Assembly: GCF_001194135.2 (NCBI RefSeq)
Contig: NC_069002.1
Coordinates: forward strand, 1,417,213 to 1,481,062
Length of the DNA: 63,850 bases
Source: Octopus bimaculoides
Taxonomy: Eukaryota
Reading direction: 5' to 3'
Part shown: piece after piece, positions 38,968 through 51,296 of the stretch
Numbering within the stretch: the stretch's first letter is position 1
Layout: each line of letters starts with the position of its first letter
Notes under the pieces: model-generated
Told to the model about the DNA's origin: nothing
Databases searched by the model: none
Seen by the model: the letters and a program-made list of their open reading frames with translations, nothing else
Program-made: the position numbers and the translations under genes

Positions 38968-39545
38968 CAGAAGAACATACATACATATATCCATACATAT
39001 TTACATATATACATACATACGTACATATACACGAAAACACATGAAGTTTCATGCGTCTCCTATTTTTACAAATGTTAACATTTCTTTCCCAATCATTGAA
39101 AAAAAGTAATTATACTTTTCCTGATAATTGTTTCCACACCTACAGCTTCTATTACGCTAATTATAAATCCACATTTGAACCGATATTTATTGGTGCACTG
39201 GGCTAAGTTAGTAAGTGTTTAATTGGCAGTAGCGTAGAGCTAGCGATTTCAGCCAAACAGAAAGTTACCATTCAACACGCAATTTGCCAATAAAATCAAT
39301 CATGGAAACATTAATAATATGTAAGACACATATGAAGTTCAATACGTAACAAATATCGATATTGTTATTCATATTACTATGATGGTATTTCGTAGCTTTG
39401 TTACAAGCCAATTGGTTCTGTATTGTCAGAATTCAAAACATTTTTAAATGGACATAAAAAATATATACGCTTATGCATGCAAAGATATATATCAGTATGA
39501 AAATAGGTATATTGATAGATATAAACATATATAATAGTGCACACT

Positions 39546-39646
<101 letters not shown>

Positions 39647-39837
39647 GTATATATATATATGTATGTATATATACATATATAAACAAGACCACTGGAAAAC
39701 ATCGTTCGACCAATATCACATAACTATGGCACTTTCCCATCTTTTATATTAATAATAATAATAATAATAATGTAGTTCCTCTGCTCCTCTTTCAAACATT
39801 TAATTTTAGAGAGATTTTTTTGATGAAGCAATGGAGC

Positions 39838-39902
39838 TTCAGTGGGACTGAACCCAGAACTCCGTGGTTGGGAATCAAACTGCTTACCACACAGCCACGC
39901 CT
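39838..39902 (-). mobile_element. SINE family A tRNA-derived head
   Basis: reverse complement ggcgtggctgtgtggtaagcagtttgattcccaaccacggagttctgggttcagtcccactg. Confidence 0.85.
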
Positions 39903-39915
39903 ATGTGTATGTGTG

Positions 39916-39951
<36 letters not shown>

Positions 39952-39961
39952 NNNNNNNNNN

Positions 39962-39998
<37 letters not shown>

Positions 39999-40239
39999 TG
40001 TGTGTATATACTTATATATAAAAGCATGTGCGTATGTGTGTCTAAATATCTACATGTATGTTTATTTGCAGTATGTATGTAGCGTATACAACTATACTTT
40101 TGTATGTTCGGGTAAGTATGAGTGTAAGTATGTTTACCTATATTTGCGTGGTTTTGTTTTCTGTATTTTTTTTTATCTACTTCAATGAACACACACACAC
40201 ACACACACACACAGATATATACATATATCTATGTATACA

Positions 40240-40287
<48 letters not shown>

Positions 40288-41456
40288 NNNNNNNNNNNNN
40301 NNNNNNNNNNNNNNNNNNNNNNNNNNNNNNNNNNNNNNNNNNNNNNNNNNNNNNNNNNNNNNNNNNNNNNNNNNNNNNNNNNNNNNNNNNNNNNNNNNNN
40401 NNNNNNNNNNNNNNNNNNNNNNNNNNNNNNNNNNNNNNNNNNNNNNNNNNNNNNNNNNNNNNNNNNNNNNNNNNNNNNNNNNNNNNNNNNNNNNNNNNNN
40501 NNNNNNNNNNNNNNNNNNNNNNNNNNNNNNNNNNNNNNNNNNNNNNNNNNNNNNNNNNNNNNNNNNNNNNNNNNNNNNNNNNNNNNNNNNNNNNNNNNNN
40601 NNNNNNNNNNNNNNNNNNNNNNNNNNNNNNNNNNNNNNNNNNNNNNNNNNNNNNNNNNNNNNNNNNNNNNNNNNNNNNNNNNNNNNNNNNNNNNNNNNNN
40701 NNNNNNNATATATATATATATATATATACAGACGGACATATATAAATACATGCATACACATATGCATACATGCATATATACGCACTCACACATATACCCA
40801 CACACAAATAGGGTACACATGCATGTACGTTACATATATATATATGTGTATATATGTAAGTATATACATGTATGTTTAGTTATAATTAAGTACATAGATA
40901 CTGTGTGAGACATACTGTACTTGTGTATGCTTATATGTGCGTTAATGTGTGTGATGTGTATATGTGTTGTGTGTGTGATGTGTATGTGTGTATGTGTCGT
41001 GTGTGTGTACATTTGTCTAAGATTCTTCAGGGAGATGGTTTTCAGTACAGCCTTGAAGCAATGTTGAAATCAAAACAAGTCCACTTTTTCTATCAAGCAG
41101 CTGTACAATCACAAAATACATAACACCAGAATGTAGGTCTGAAGATGTTCAGTTCAGTCTCCTGATCGTGGTGGTGGTGGTGGTGGTGGTGCTCGTTTGT
41201 GAGGCTATTCTTATTGTTGTTTAATCCCTTGTGAAGTCTGATCGACCTGTGATCATAGGTCTCCCATCTCTGATTATTCCTCCTCCTCCTCCTCTTTCTT
41301 ATCCTTGTTCGTCACAGTTCATCTAGAGTTATACGTCTTCTGCCGTCTTTTGAAATTTAGAGAGACAGAGGAATATGTGATTGGTCAAGTGGGAAGCAAA
41401 GTGAGGGTGAAGAACGTTTGAATGAGAGAAAATATCATGGAAACCTATACACACAC

Positions 41457-41488
<32 letters not shown>

Positions 41489-41588
41489 NNNNNNNNNNNN
41501 NNNNNNNNNNNNNNNNNNNNNNNNNNNNNNNNNNNNNNNNNNNNNNNNNNNNNNNNNNNNNNNNNNNNNNNNNNNNNNNNNNNNNNNN

Positions 41589-41628
<40 letters not shown>

Positions 41629-41856
41629 CTCGCGTACACCGCTGCGCCCACATGCGTACTATAATGTATATATACGCGCATAAAGGCAACCCATGTAATA
41701 TGTACGTCCATACACATGCGTATAATGGGAAATTTCATAGAATTCTCTTGGTATTTGTTCCATGTCTTTGAACCATACATACACAACATCAACTTTCATA
41801 TTTCCCATTGTATGACAACGGCTATTTAATGGACACACTCAGTCAAACAAACATGC

Positions 41857-41895
<39 letters not shown>

Positions 41896-42096
41896 TACAT
41901 ATATGTATATATATATATGCGTGTGTCTGTCTGTCCGTGTGTGTGGGTGTGTGTGTGTGTATATATATACATACATACATTAAACCTCATACGCATATGT
42001 ATATGTCTGTATAGTGTGTGTCTATGCATATATTTGTCTGATTATTTCATTGTGTGGTTATATGCGTATTTTGTAGAATATAAATGCTTGTGTGGT

Positions 42097-42170
<74 letters not shown>

Positions 42171-42425
42171 TGCAATGTATCTGTACGTGTGTACCTGCGT
42201 TCTTAGATCTATAGCGGTGTGTGTGTATGCATGTGTTTGTGCATCCGTGTTTGCCTAACTCTGTCTTTCTGAAATTTTTCAAAAGCCGCATGCAATAATA
42301 TATCATTACTACTGTTCTTATTTATTGCTATCAATCATTGGACAGCGGCCATTCTTGAGAACTACCTTCAACAAATGTTATCGATTATATCCTCTGTTTT
42401 AATGTACCAGCCAAACCCATATGTA

Positions 42426-42474
<49 letters not shown>

Positions 42475-42475
<1 letters not shown>

Positions 42476-42641
42476 CGTTCTGAGTTCAAATTCTGCTGAG
42501 GTCGACTTTGCCTTTCATCCTTTCGGGGTCGATAAATTAAGTAGCATTTATGCACTGGAATCGATGTAATCGACTTAATCCCTTTGTCTGTCCTTGTTTG
42601 TCCCCTCTGTGTCTAGCCCCTTGTGGACAGTAAGGAAATAA
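42475..42641 (+). mobile_element. SINE family B, 5'-truncated, alternative tail
   Basis: gttctgagttcaaattctgctgaggtcgactttgcctttcatcctttcggggtcgataaattaagt, then tail cttaatccctttgtctgtccttgtttgtcccctctgtgtctagccccttgtgg. Confidence 0.9.
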
Positions 42642-42643
42642 AA

Positions 42644-42844
42644 AACGTTAGCACGCCGAGCGAAATACTTAGCGGTATTTTGTCTGTCTTTACGTTCTGA
42701 GTTCAAATCCCGCCGAGGTCGACTTTGCCTTTCATCCTTTTGGGGTCGATAAATTAAGTACCAGTTGCGTACTGGAATCGACTAAATGACTGCTCCCCCC
42801 CTCCTCCCAAATTTCGGGCCTTGTGCCTAGAGTAGAAAAGATTA
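42644..42844 (+). mobile_element. SINE family B, near full length, main tail
   Basis: cgttagcacgccgagcgaaatacttagcggtatt...gagttcaaatcccgccgaggtcgactttgcctttcatcc...cccaaatttcgggccttgtgcctagagtagaaaag. Confidence 0.92.
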
Positions 42845-43389
42845 CTAAATATACGTATATCTGTCTGTCTGTCCATAATTAATGGCACACTTAATGCGAA
42901 AACATATGCATGCTAACATAAGCACACACACACACACACACACACACAAAGGAACTGAATATCCTCATTTTCATGTAGACAAAGTGCAATCTTTTTTTTT
43001 TTTTTATAAAAATCTCAATTTACATTTCGTTTGGTCTCAATTTTCCTTCATTCGATTCATTTCACAAAATATTGCTTTTGATTTCATTCTTAAAATTAAG
43101 TCATTTATTCAATCGTATTAACGTTGCTTAGTTTCCAATAATTTCAATCAGTCAGTCAATCGATTCTTATTAATTACGTTTCAATGTGGTAAACTAGCTT
43201 TTCACCCACTTTTTTCTTGTTTATTTTTTTGTTTTTGTTTTTGTTTTTTTTAACCCGAAATTATGTGACATCCTCAATATTTGCCAGGAAAATCATGTTT
43301 TTTTTTTTGTACTGTATTACATTTATTTATTCGTTTTTATTTGTTTATTTATTTATTTTGCTTCACACTCATGCAAAGATAACTGCTGT

Positions 43390-43490
43390 TTCGGGTTCAT
43401 TACCTTGGGTAAATGTCATCTATTATGTCCCCGGGTCAATCAATGTCATGTTAGAGAATTTGGTAGACAAAAACTCCACGAAAACCCGTG
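43390..43490 (+). mobile_element. degenerate SINE family A 5' half
   Basis: cgggttca...ccttgggtaaatgtcatctattatg...gaatttggtagacaaaaact...aaaacccgtgg aligns to ggttca...ccttgggcaagtgtcttctactat...gatttggtagacggaaact...gaagcccgtcg. Confidence 0.65.
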
Positions 43491-44530
43491 GTATACATAC
43501 ATACATACATAAATATATATGTATACATACATACATATATAAATATATATGTATACATACATACATATATAAATATATATGTATACATACATACATATAT
43601 AAATATATATGTATACATACATATATAAATATATATGTATACATACATACATNNNNNNNNNNNNNNNNNNNNNNNNNNNNNNNNNNNNNNNNNNNNNNNN
43701 NNNNNNNNNNNNNNNNNNNNNNNNNNNNNNNNNNNNNNNNNNNNNNNNNNNNNNNNNNNNNNNNNNNNNNNNNNNNNNNNNNNNNNNNNNNNNNNNNNNN
43801 NNNNNNNNNNNNNNNNNNNNNNNNNNNNNNNNNNNNNNNNNNNNNNNNNNNNNNNNNNNNNNNNNNNNNNNNNNNNNNNNNNNNNNNNNNNNNNNNNNNN
43901 NNNNNNNNNNNNNNNNNNNNNNNNNNNNNNNNNNNNNNNNNNNNNNNNNNNNNNNNNNNNNNNNNNNNNNNNNNNNNNNNNNNNNNNNNNNNNNNNNNNN
44001 NNNNNNNNNNNNNNNNNNNNNNNNNNNNNNNNNNNNNNNNNNNNNNNNNNNNNNNNNNNNNNNNNNNNNNNNNNNNNNNNNNNNNNNNNNNNNNNNNNNN
44101 NNNNNNNNNNNNNNNNNNNNNNNNNNNNNNNNNNNNNNNNNNNNNNNNNNNNNNNNNNNNNNNNNNNNNNNNNNNNNNNNNNNNNNNNNNNNNNNNNNNN
44201 NNNNNNNNNNNNNNNNNNNNNNNNNNNNNNNNNNNNNNNNNNNNNNNNNNNNNNNNNNNNNNNNNNNNNNNNNNNNNNNNNNNNNNNNNNNNNNNNNNNN
44301 NNNNNNNNNNNNNNNNNNNNNNNNNNNNNNNNNNNNNNNNNNNNNNNNNNNNNNNNNNNNNNNNNNNNNNNNNNNNNNNNNNNNNNNNNNNNNNNNNNNN
44401 NNNNNNNNNNNNNNNNNNNNNNNNNNNNNNNNNNNNNNNNNNNNNNNNNNNNNNNNNNNNNNNNNNNNNNNNNNNNNNNNNNNNNNNNNNNNNNNNNNNN
44501 NNNNNNACATACATATATATATATATATGT

Positions 44531-44560
<30 letters not shown>
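43491..44560. repeat. 30-bp AT-rich minisatellite (gtatacatacatacatatataaatatatat)n spanning an N gap
   Basis: about five units at 43491-43652 (three exact); related sequence resumes after the gap at 44508-44560; continuity across the gap is inferred. Confidence 0.75.
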
Positions 44561-44566
<6 letters not shown>

Positions 44567-44847
44567 CATGGCTCTAGGTTCAGTGCCACTGTGTAGCACC
44601 TTGGGCAAGTGTCTTCTACTATGGCCTCAAGCCGACCAAAACCTTGTGAGTGAATATGGCTGACGGAAACTGAAAGAAGCTCCACGTATACATGTGTGTG
44701 TGTGTCTTTATGCCCGTGTTTCACACCCTATCACCGCTTTAAAACCGGTGTTGCTGTGTTTACAGCTCTGTAAAAAGAGAGACCGATAGAATTAGTACTG
44801 GGCTTAAAGAGTAAGTTTTAGTCGATTTATTCAACTAAACCCTTCAG
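44567..44847 (+). mobile_element. SINE family A (5'-truncated)
   Basis: ggttcagtgccactgtgtagcaccttgggcaagtgtcttctactatggcctc...gacggaaactgaaagaagc...gaccgatagaattagtactgggctt. Confidence 0.88.
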
Positions 44848-45314
44848 TGAGGGCAACGTGGTCGTTAGGCATTGTGGGTCGGCTGGACAAGGACTAGATT
44901 TTTTAAATTTATGCTGGGGTCTTTGTGTGGAGAAATTTTAAAAGAAAACGAGCGAAGAGAAAATATGCAGAGGGGACAATACCGTGAAAAGGAACAACGA
45001 AGTCGAAAAGGGTGAATCGGATACTAAAACAATAAAGAAAAACATATTGATTATAGAAATTCTCATCCTTACGATAGCAGAATAAAAAGAAAAGTGTATC
45101 GCATTAATTGTAATCAACTGCAAAGGATTAGAGGACGTAATATGGAGAATGAAGGATTATCCGAGACTATGAGGCGATTAGCAGAAATACAGTGAGATTG
45201 TCTCAGAGAGAAGGAAGCTGTAGACAGGAGTTCTTAAATTTCTACAGGCGTCGTCAGGGCAGCAGTCGTCCGGTACTGAATTCAGCAGACGATACGCTTA
45301 GATATGTGTGTGTG

Positions 45315-45351
<37 letters not shown>

Positions 45352-45474
45352 ATATTTGTGCAAATGTCTAAATGTACAAAGAATACGTGTATGTGTGTGT
45401 GTGTCTGTATTTGTATGTATTTTTGAATGAATACATGCATCTATACATTTGGATTTATATGTGTGCGTATATAT

Positions 45475-45507
<33 letters not shown>

Positions 45508-45774
45508 ATCACATATATATCGTATATATATTTATGTATACACACATACACACGCATAAATGCTCATGAAAGGGCATCTGTTTAAGTGGATGCATTCAGC
45601 ATCGCTCGTTAACGATAAGCCGTCAGTCATTAAGACCAGTTGACCTTTCAACCTTTATTACGAGGGACACTCCGCATAACAACACTGACTGTTTGCCTGC
45701 GCGTGCGCACGCACGTAGAGAGACACACACTCATATATGCATACATACATACATATATGTATGTATACACACAC

Positions 45775-45835
<61 letters not shown>

Positions 45836-46949
45836 TATGTATGTGTTTGTGTATAGGAGGAAGGTGGCACCTGCGTGCTGGGCTAGTGGCGGTGGGGCGC
45901 AGATGCAGTGCTATGAACACAATTTTCTGCAGTTACATTCATCTGTCTACGNNNNNNNNNNNNNNNNNNNNNNNNNNNNNNNNNNNNNNNNNNNNNNNNN
46001 NNNNNNNNNNNNNNNNNNNNNNNNNNNNNNNNNNNNNNNNNNNNNNNNNNNNNNNNNNNNNNNNNNNNNNNNNNNNNNNNNNNNNNNNNNNNNNNNNNNN
46101 NNNNNNNNNNNNNNNNNNNNNNNNNNNNNNNNNNNNNNNNNNNNNNNNNNNNNNNNNNNNNNNNNNNNNNNNNNNNNNNNNNNNNNNNNNNNNNNNNNNN
46201 NNNNNNNNNNNNNNNNNNNNNNNNNNNNNNNNNNNNNNNNNNNNNNNNNNNNNNNNNNNNNNNNNNNNNNNNNNNNNNNNNNNNNNNNNNNNNNNNNNNT
46301 ACATGCGGGTGCGCGAGCGCGCGCGTCAATATTTGTTCTCGAAGTGTGAGTTCTGTTGTGAGTGATTTTTTACTGTTTGTTTCATGTTTTATTATTTTTT
46401 TATCGGTGTTTTTGTTGAATTCTTTGTGGCAAGGAATCGTATCAATATCGTTATACACATTCATACATACAATTATATATATATATATATATATATACAT
46501 ACACTTATATGTATATATATAAGTATATGTGTGTATGTATGTATTTGTATATGTGTGTGCGTGTATATATATATGTATATATATATGCGTGTGTGTGTGT
46601 TTACTTTCATGTGTGTGCACACGCGTGTATATGAATGTATGCATAATATGTTTATCTATGTTATGTGATTGAGTGTGTTTAAGTGGTTTTATACGGTTTT
46701 GCTTAATTCTTAAACAGGATATATCAACAAACCTAACAATCGGTAAACAGAACGAAACGAACGCACACAAGGACACACACACGCACACACAGGCTAATGC
46801 ACAGCCATCCGCTCACACACGCACACACACGTACACACACATACACCTCACAAAATGAAGACAAAACATAGATAAACAAATTTGCTAAATCAAATAACCA
46901 AGAAGTGTAATAATAATGATAATAATAATAATAATAATAATGGTGGCAC

Positions 46950-47620
46950 CCAAATCAAAAGAAAACAATTAGGAGCGATCCCACAAAGCGATCCATCAAT
47001 CCACAGTTTCGGTGTCGCCATCGTCAACGACGTTGATCGAGGAATCAACCAACCACATACAATCTATATATATACAATAGCCTGTTCACCGAAGCGTGAA
47101 GCATTTCAAATATGTTTACGCTTGTTCTTGCTTGCGAAAGCTCCGTATTGTTCCGAAAGAACCCGCCATCCCATCCCTTTCCCCCTTCGCAAACTCGAAA
47201 CTCGACTGTCCTCCTTCATTTTCTTCCAAACCCGACTCCCCGCCGCTCCCCATCCTCGCCCGTAACTGGCAACTAACCTGGAACTAAGTACCACTCAATT
47301 GACGCCACACTCCACCACACCTCATCTCACACTACACATACAGCGCTGCACCACACAACGACACGCTACGCACCACTCTACTTCATGTCACACACCTCGT
47401 TGCTGACGTCACCATTGCTCGCCGCCGCCGCCGCCACTGCTTGCCATTCATCGATTCCCTCGTTCGCTTCGTTCGTTCATTCATTGCCGCTGCTGACGCC
47501 ATGTTTACCCATCAATCCCACAATGCAACAGTGTAGAGTGCTCCCATTTAAGCAATGTTTGATGAACACACGAGGCGTCACAGATTTCGCAGTGTTTGGT
47601 GACGGGTTATTAATCTCGCA
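46950..47620. promoter_or_regulatory. CpG-rich promoter-like island
   Basis: CpG-dense unique sequence; TGACGTCA 47404-47411; (GCC)5 47421-47435; CGCCATGTT (YY1-like) 47497-47505; TGTTTAC (Fox) 47502-47508; two G4 motifs on the minus strand. Confidence 0.5.
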
Positions 47621-47891
47621 TTCCTTCTTTTCCTCGCTCACCCCCCCCATCCTCTCCCCCTCTCGCCTTCCTTCTTTCTCTCTGTCTATCTCTCTGCCTT
47701 TCTTTCCATTTTCAACTTATGTATCTTATTATAGCTATTTCACTTCCTCTGCCTACCACCCACCCATCCTCTCTCTCTCTCCTCCTTTCTTTCACTTATT
47801 GTTTATACCTGCCTCACTTTCTTTCACTCACTTTCTCTATCTTCTTTTATACACAATTATGTATGCAAAAATATACATACATGTGTATATA

Positions 47892-47922
<31 letters not shown>

Positions 47923-48164
47923 ACACATACATATCGTTCTTACTCTCTCCCTTTCACTTTTTCTTTCTCTCCTTATCTCCCTCTCCTCTTCACTCCCTTC
48001 CCTTCTTTCTCTCTTACCTGTGTCTGCATAGACATCAATGTAGAAAGTAGCTGTGTTTGAGTGAGTGTATATATGATGTACCTGCATTGTATTAACATAC
48101 ACACAAACTTAAAATACATACTTATACCTGTGTGAGTATTTATGCGTGTGATTAAGTGTGTATA

Positions 48165-48540
48165 CGAAGTGGTATCAGAAAGTTCCCGGACTCGCTTTGT
48201 AGCGCACCAACAGGTGACAGCACCAACAGGTGAGGCAGTGTGTCGAGTGACATCGCTGTGTTTATTTCGCAAGTTGTGAAATTTGTGTTTTTGTGATCAC
48301 GTGTCTGCTGTCGTCTGCGATTTTTGTCATGGACAGGAACAAAAAGTCAACGTGAAATTTTGCGTTAAACTTGGGAAGTCTGCTACAGAGACATCGGGCG
48401 TGCTTCGACAACCTTACGGCACCGAGGCAATGGGTCGTGAGCAATGTTTTGAGTGACATGGGCGCTTCAAAAGCAGAAGATCGTCTCTGGAACACGATGA
48501 GCGATCTGGAAGACTTGTCACAAGTGTCACCCCTGGAAAT
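48165..48540 (+). mobile_element. mariner transposon 5' remnant (TIR + transposase HTH N-terminus pseudogene)
   Basis: TA at 48163-48164 then cgaagtggtatcagaaaagttcccggact (TIR-like); EQKVNVKFCVKLGKSATETSGVLRQPYGTEAMGREQCFE*HGRFKSRRSSLEHDERSGR is a typical mariner N-terminus; frameshift after ATG 48329 and TGA at 48454. Confidence 0.92.
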
Positions 48541-49569
48541 TCTATGTTTCTGAAGTAGTTATAACGTGAAGAGACCATTTCAGTCGTTTTAAAATACACC
48601 CGAAAAATCTATTATTATTCACTTTCCATTTATTTCTTGGAGAGTCAAAACTTATGTCACAACACTGTGACCTTGTCACTGACACAGTTCTGCTGTAACT
48701 GTTTAAAAACCTTAGTGTCTGAAGCAAGACGTTGGCCAGACTAGCGTAACGCCAAAAGATGTTTTTGATTAAATACTTAACCATTTTGTCATCATATTCC
48801 TGCTGAAATTCACTATTTTTGCTTCAGTTCATTTTGGAAACAATGGAGAATTTAGTAAAATTACTTTGTTATTAAACTGGTATTTGGTGCATAAGATGAA
48901 GTTTTGAAGAAAGATTTTAATTGGGATCACATTAAAACGAGAAGTTTGTATTACAGAACTAGGGGTGGTCTCAGACACGCTGGCATCAGATGGATTAATC
49001 CTTTACTTGGTTCCCGTCGATGCCATCATCATCACCAGCAGAGCATTAAGAGTGGAGCTTAACCGGAATCTAACAACTTCAAAAATTCATAAAAAGAGTA
49101 AAAAATATATAAAGATACACAAAACAAAATGAGTATCGTCGCTAATTGCAATGTGCTGAGAGACAGAACACCAACTCGCAGGGCAGTTGGCGTATTTTGG
49201 CTACGTCTGACTTGCGTGCTTCCTCTGTGACCACCACCACGAGAAGTGGCTCTGTATACATACAAGAAATATGCCAAACACTGGACACCATTGTACAAAG
49301 ACAGCAGAGTGTTTCACTGCATCATGTACGATTAGCCGTTGTGTACACCCAAGAATCTACATGGTTAGTCGCTGAATCTACGAGAAATCGTATTCAGATT
49401 ACATTCTGCCATCATGCAAATAAGAAGAACATACATAGCGTTCTAGAAAAAAAAAAAAGAGTGGATGTTTCAGGCTGGAACGCCTTTGAAAATAAATTTA
49501 CTTGGTCCAGCTGGAGGGGCTAAACAGCAACTTCGAAAATTGCCGCCTGCTCATTGATTCAATGGGTTA

Positions 49570-49830
49570 ATATCTATGTATTCCACAGATACGAGTACCC
49601 TTAATGTAGTTCCCAGTCAGAATCAATGTCACACATTGTATTTCAAGACTGTACCATTTGAAATGCGGCTGCAATCAAACCAAGAAACTTTTATACAATT
49701 TCTGTCTATCCTAATTTTACTCACAATTTATGGGTCGATTCGAAGTTACAAAAAACAAAAATTTGGCCAAGATATCACGCCACAAGATCGAACCGAGAAG
49801 CCTTCGTTTGCAAGGCGAACGTCTTAACCA
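49570..49830 (-). mobile_element. degenerate tRNA-derived SINE (A-like head, C-like tail)
   Basis: reverse complement tggttaagacgttcgcc...ggttcgatc (A/B boxes), cttggccaa (CORE-like), tgtgagt, later gaactacattaagggtactcgtatctgtgga. Confidence 0.55.
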
Positions 49831-49882
49831 TTCTGTGATCTATATCTTGTGTGCCATTATGAGATAAGTTAAATAAATAAAC

Positions 49883-50092
49883 GATTTCAAACTTTAGCAC
49901 GAGGCCAGCAATTTTGTGGGAAGGGACAAGTAGATTTCATCGGCTCCAGTGTTCAACTGGTACTTATTTTATCCCGAAAGGCTGAAAGGCACAGTTGACC
50001 TCGGCGGAATTTGAACTCAGAACGTAAACACGGACGAAATGCTGCTGAGCATGTTCTCCGGCGTGCTAACGATTCTGCCAGTTTGCCGCCTT
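49883..50092 (-). mobile_element. SINE family B, full length
   Basis: reverse complement aaggcggcaaactggcagaatcgttagcacgccggagaac...gttctgagttcaaattccgccgaggtcaactgtgcctttcagcctttcgggataaaataagtaccagttg...aaaattgctggcctcgtgctaaagtttgaaatc. Confidence 0.92.
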
Positions 50093-50842
50093 AATGGTTA
50101 ATTAAATAATGGAATTAGGTAAAATCAACTATACTCTAGTGAGTGCTCCACTATGGGCTCAGTGCGATAAGTGAAACTATTAAAAATATATTCTTGCGAT
50201 TTGATAGCACATTGATGGAACTCAAGTATGCACGGAATGGAGTTTCTGGTGTGCTCGCTAGAATTAGTAGCTAAATCTACCTCAGATTACGATTTACTAT
50301 CTTCAAAACAAAATAACAAAAAAAAAATAATAAATAAAATAAATAAATAAAAACATTTAATAAAGCGGACTTGATATATAGAGAGCAACTAACGAGAGGA
50401 AGAAAAGAGAAAAAAAAAAGAAAGAAAAAACGACGAGATGGCGGTCGGTAATGAAACCCGTTTGATATTAGTTCTACTCGATCAGGTATGATATGAGACT
50501 AACAAAAGCAAAAATAATGAGACGACGATGACGATGATGATGATGATGATGATGATGGCAGCAGAAGAGAAAAACACAGCCAGAAATGAGTGCAGCAGAT
50601 AATGCAGCGAATGCAGAGGATAAGTGCATCAGATGCGTCTCTCGCCTTCTTTTTCCTCTTTATTTACGCCTCTACTCTTTACACACTTCATTTACTAAAT
50701 TAACAGATATGCATGTACAAACACATCATGCATACATTTATGCATGTGTATGTGAGTGTGAGTGTGTATGGATATGCTTGTGAATGTATGTGTAAACATT
50801 CAGGCATATATTCATATATAGATATTTACTTATACACATATA

Positions 50843-50908
<66 letters not shown>

Positions 50909-51020
50909 AATATATATATATGTATGTGTGTATGTTTGTGTGTGTGAGAGTATATGTATGTACGTCTATATATATATATATGTGTATGGATATACGTACA
51001 TGTATAAACAAATATGTAAG

Positions 51021-51053
<33 letters not shown>

Positions 51054-51260
51054 GTATACGCATACATATATGTTGGTGTGTGTGTGTGTAATGTGTACGC
51101 ATGTATGTGTGCGAATATGCATACATATCTAAGTTCATTTATTCCCAGGTACACAAATGCATTTGTAAACTCGTGTACTTACCAAATATTTGAACAACGT
51201 TGCTGTGAAGTGCACAGCGGTTCCACTTCATCATCATCACAATATATATATGTGCTTATA

Positions 51261-51296
<36 letters not shown>

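Noticed and set aside
43217-44608. Longest ORFs in the track (322-459 aa)
   Set aside because: They run through an ~855-N gap and minisatellite; no real coding content. The same applies to all X-filled ORFs.
47385-48050. 221-aa + ORF starting MSHTSLLTSPLLAAAAA
   Set aside because: It runs into CT/TG simple repeats with no clear donor. The region is better explained as a promoter/UTR island, though coding is not excluded.
49775-49830. tRNA-like sequence on the minus strand
   Set aside because: A/B boxes are present but there is no acceptor stem or cloverleaf; it continues into SINE body sequence.
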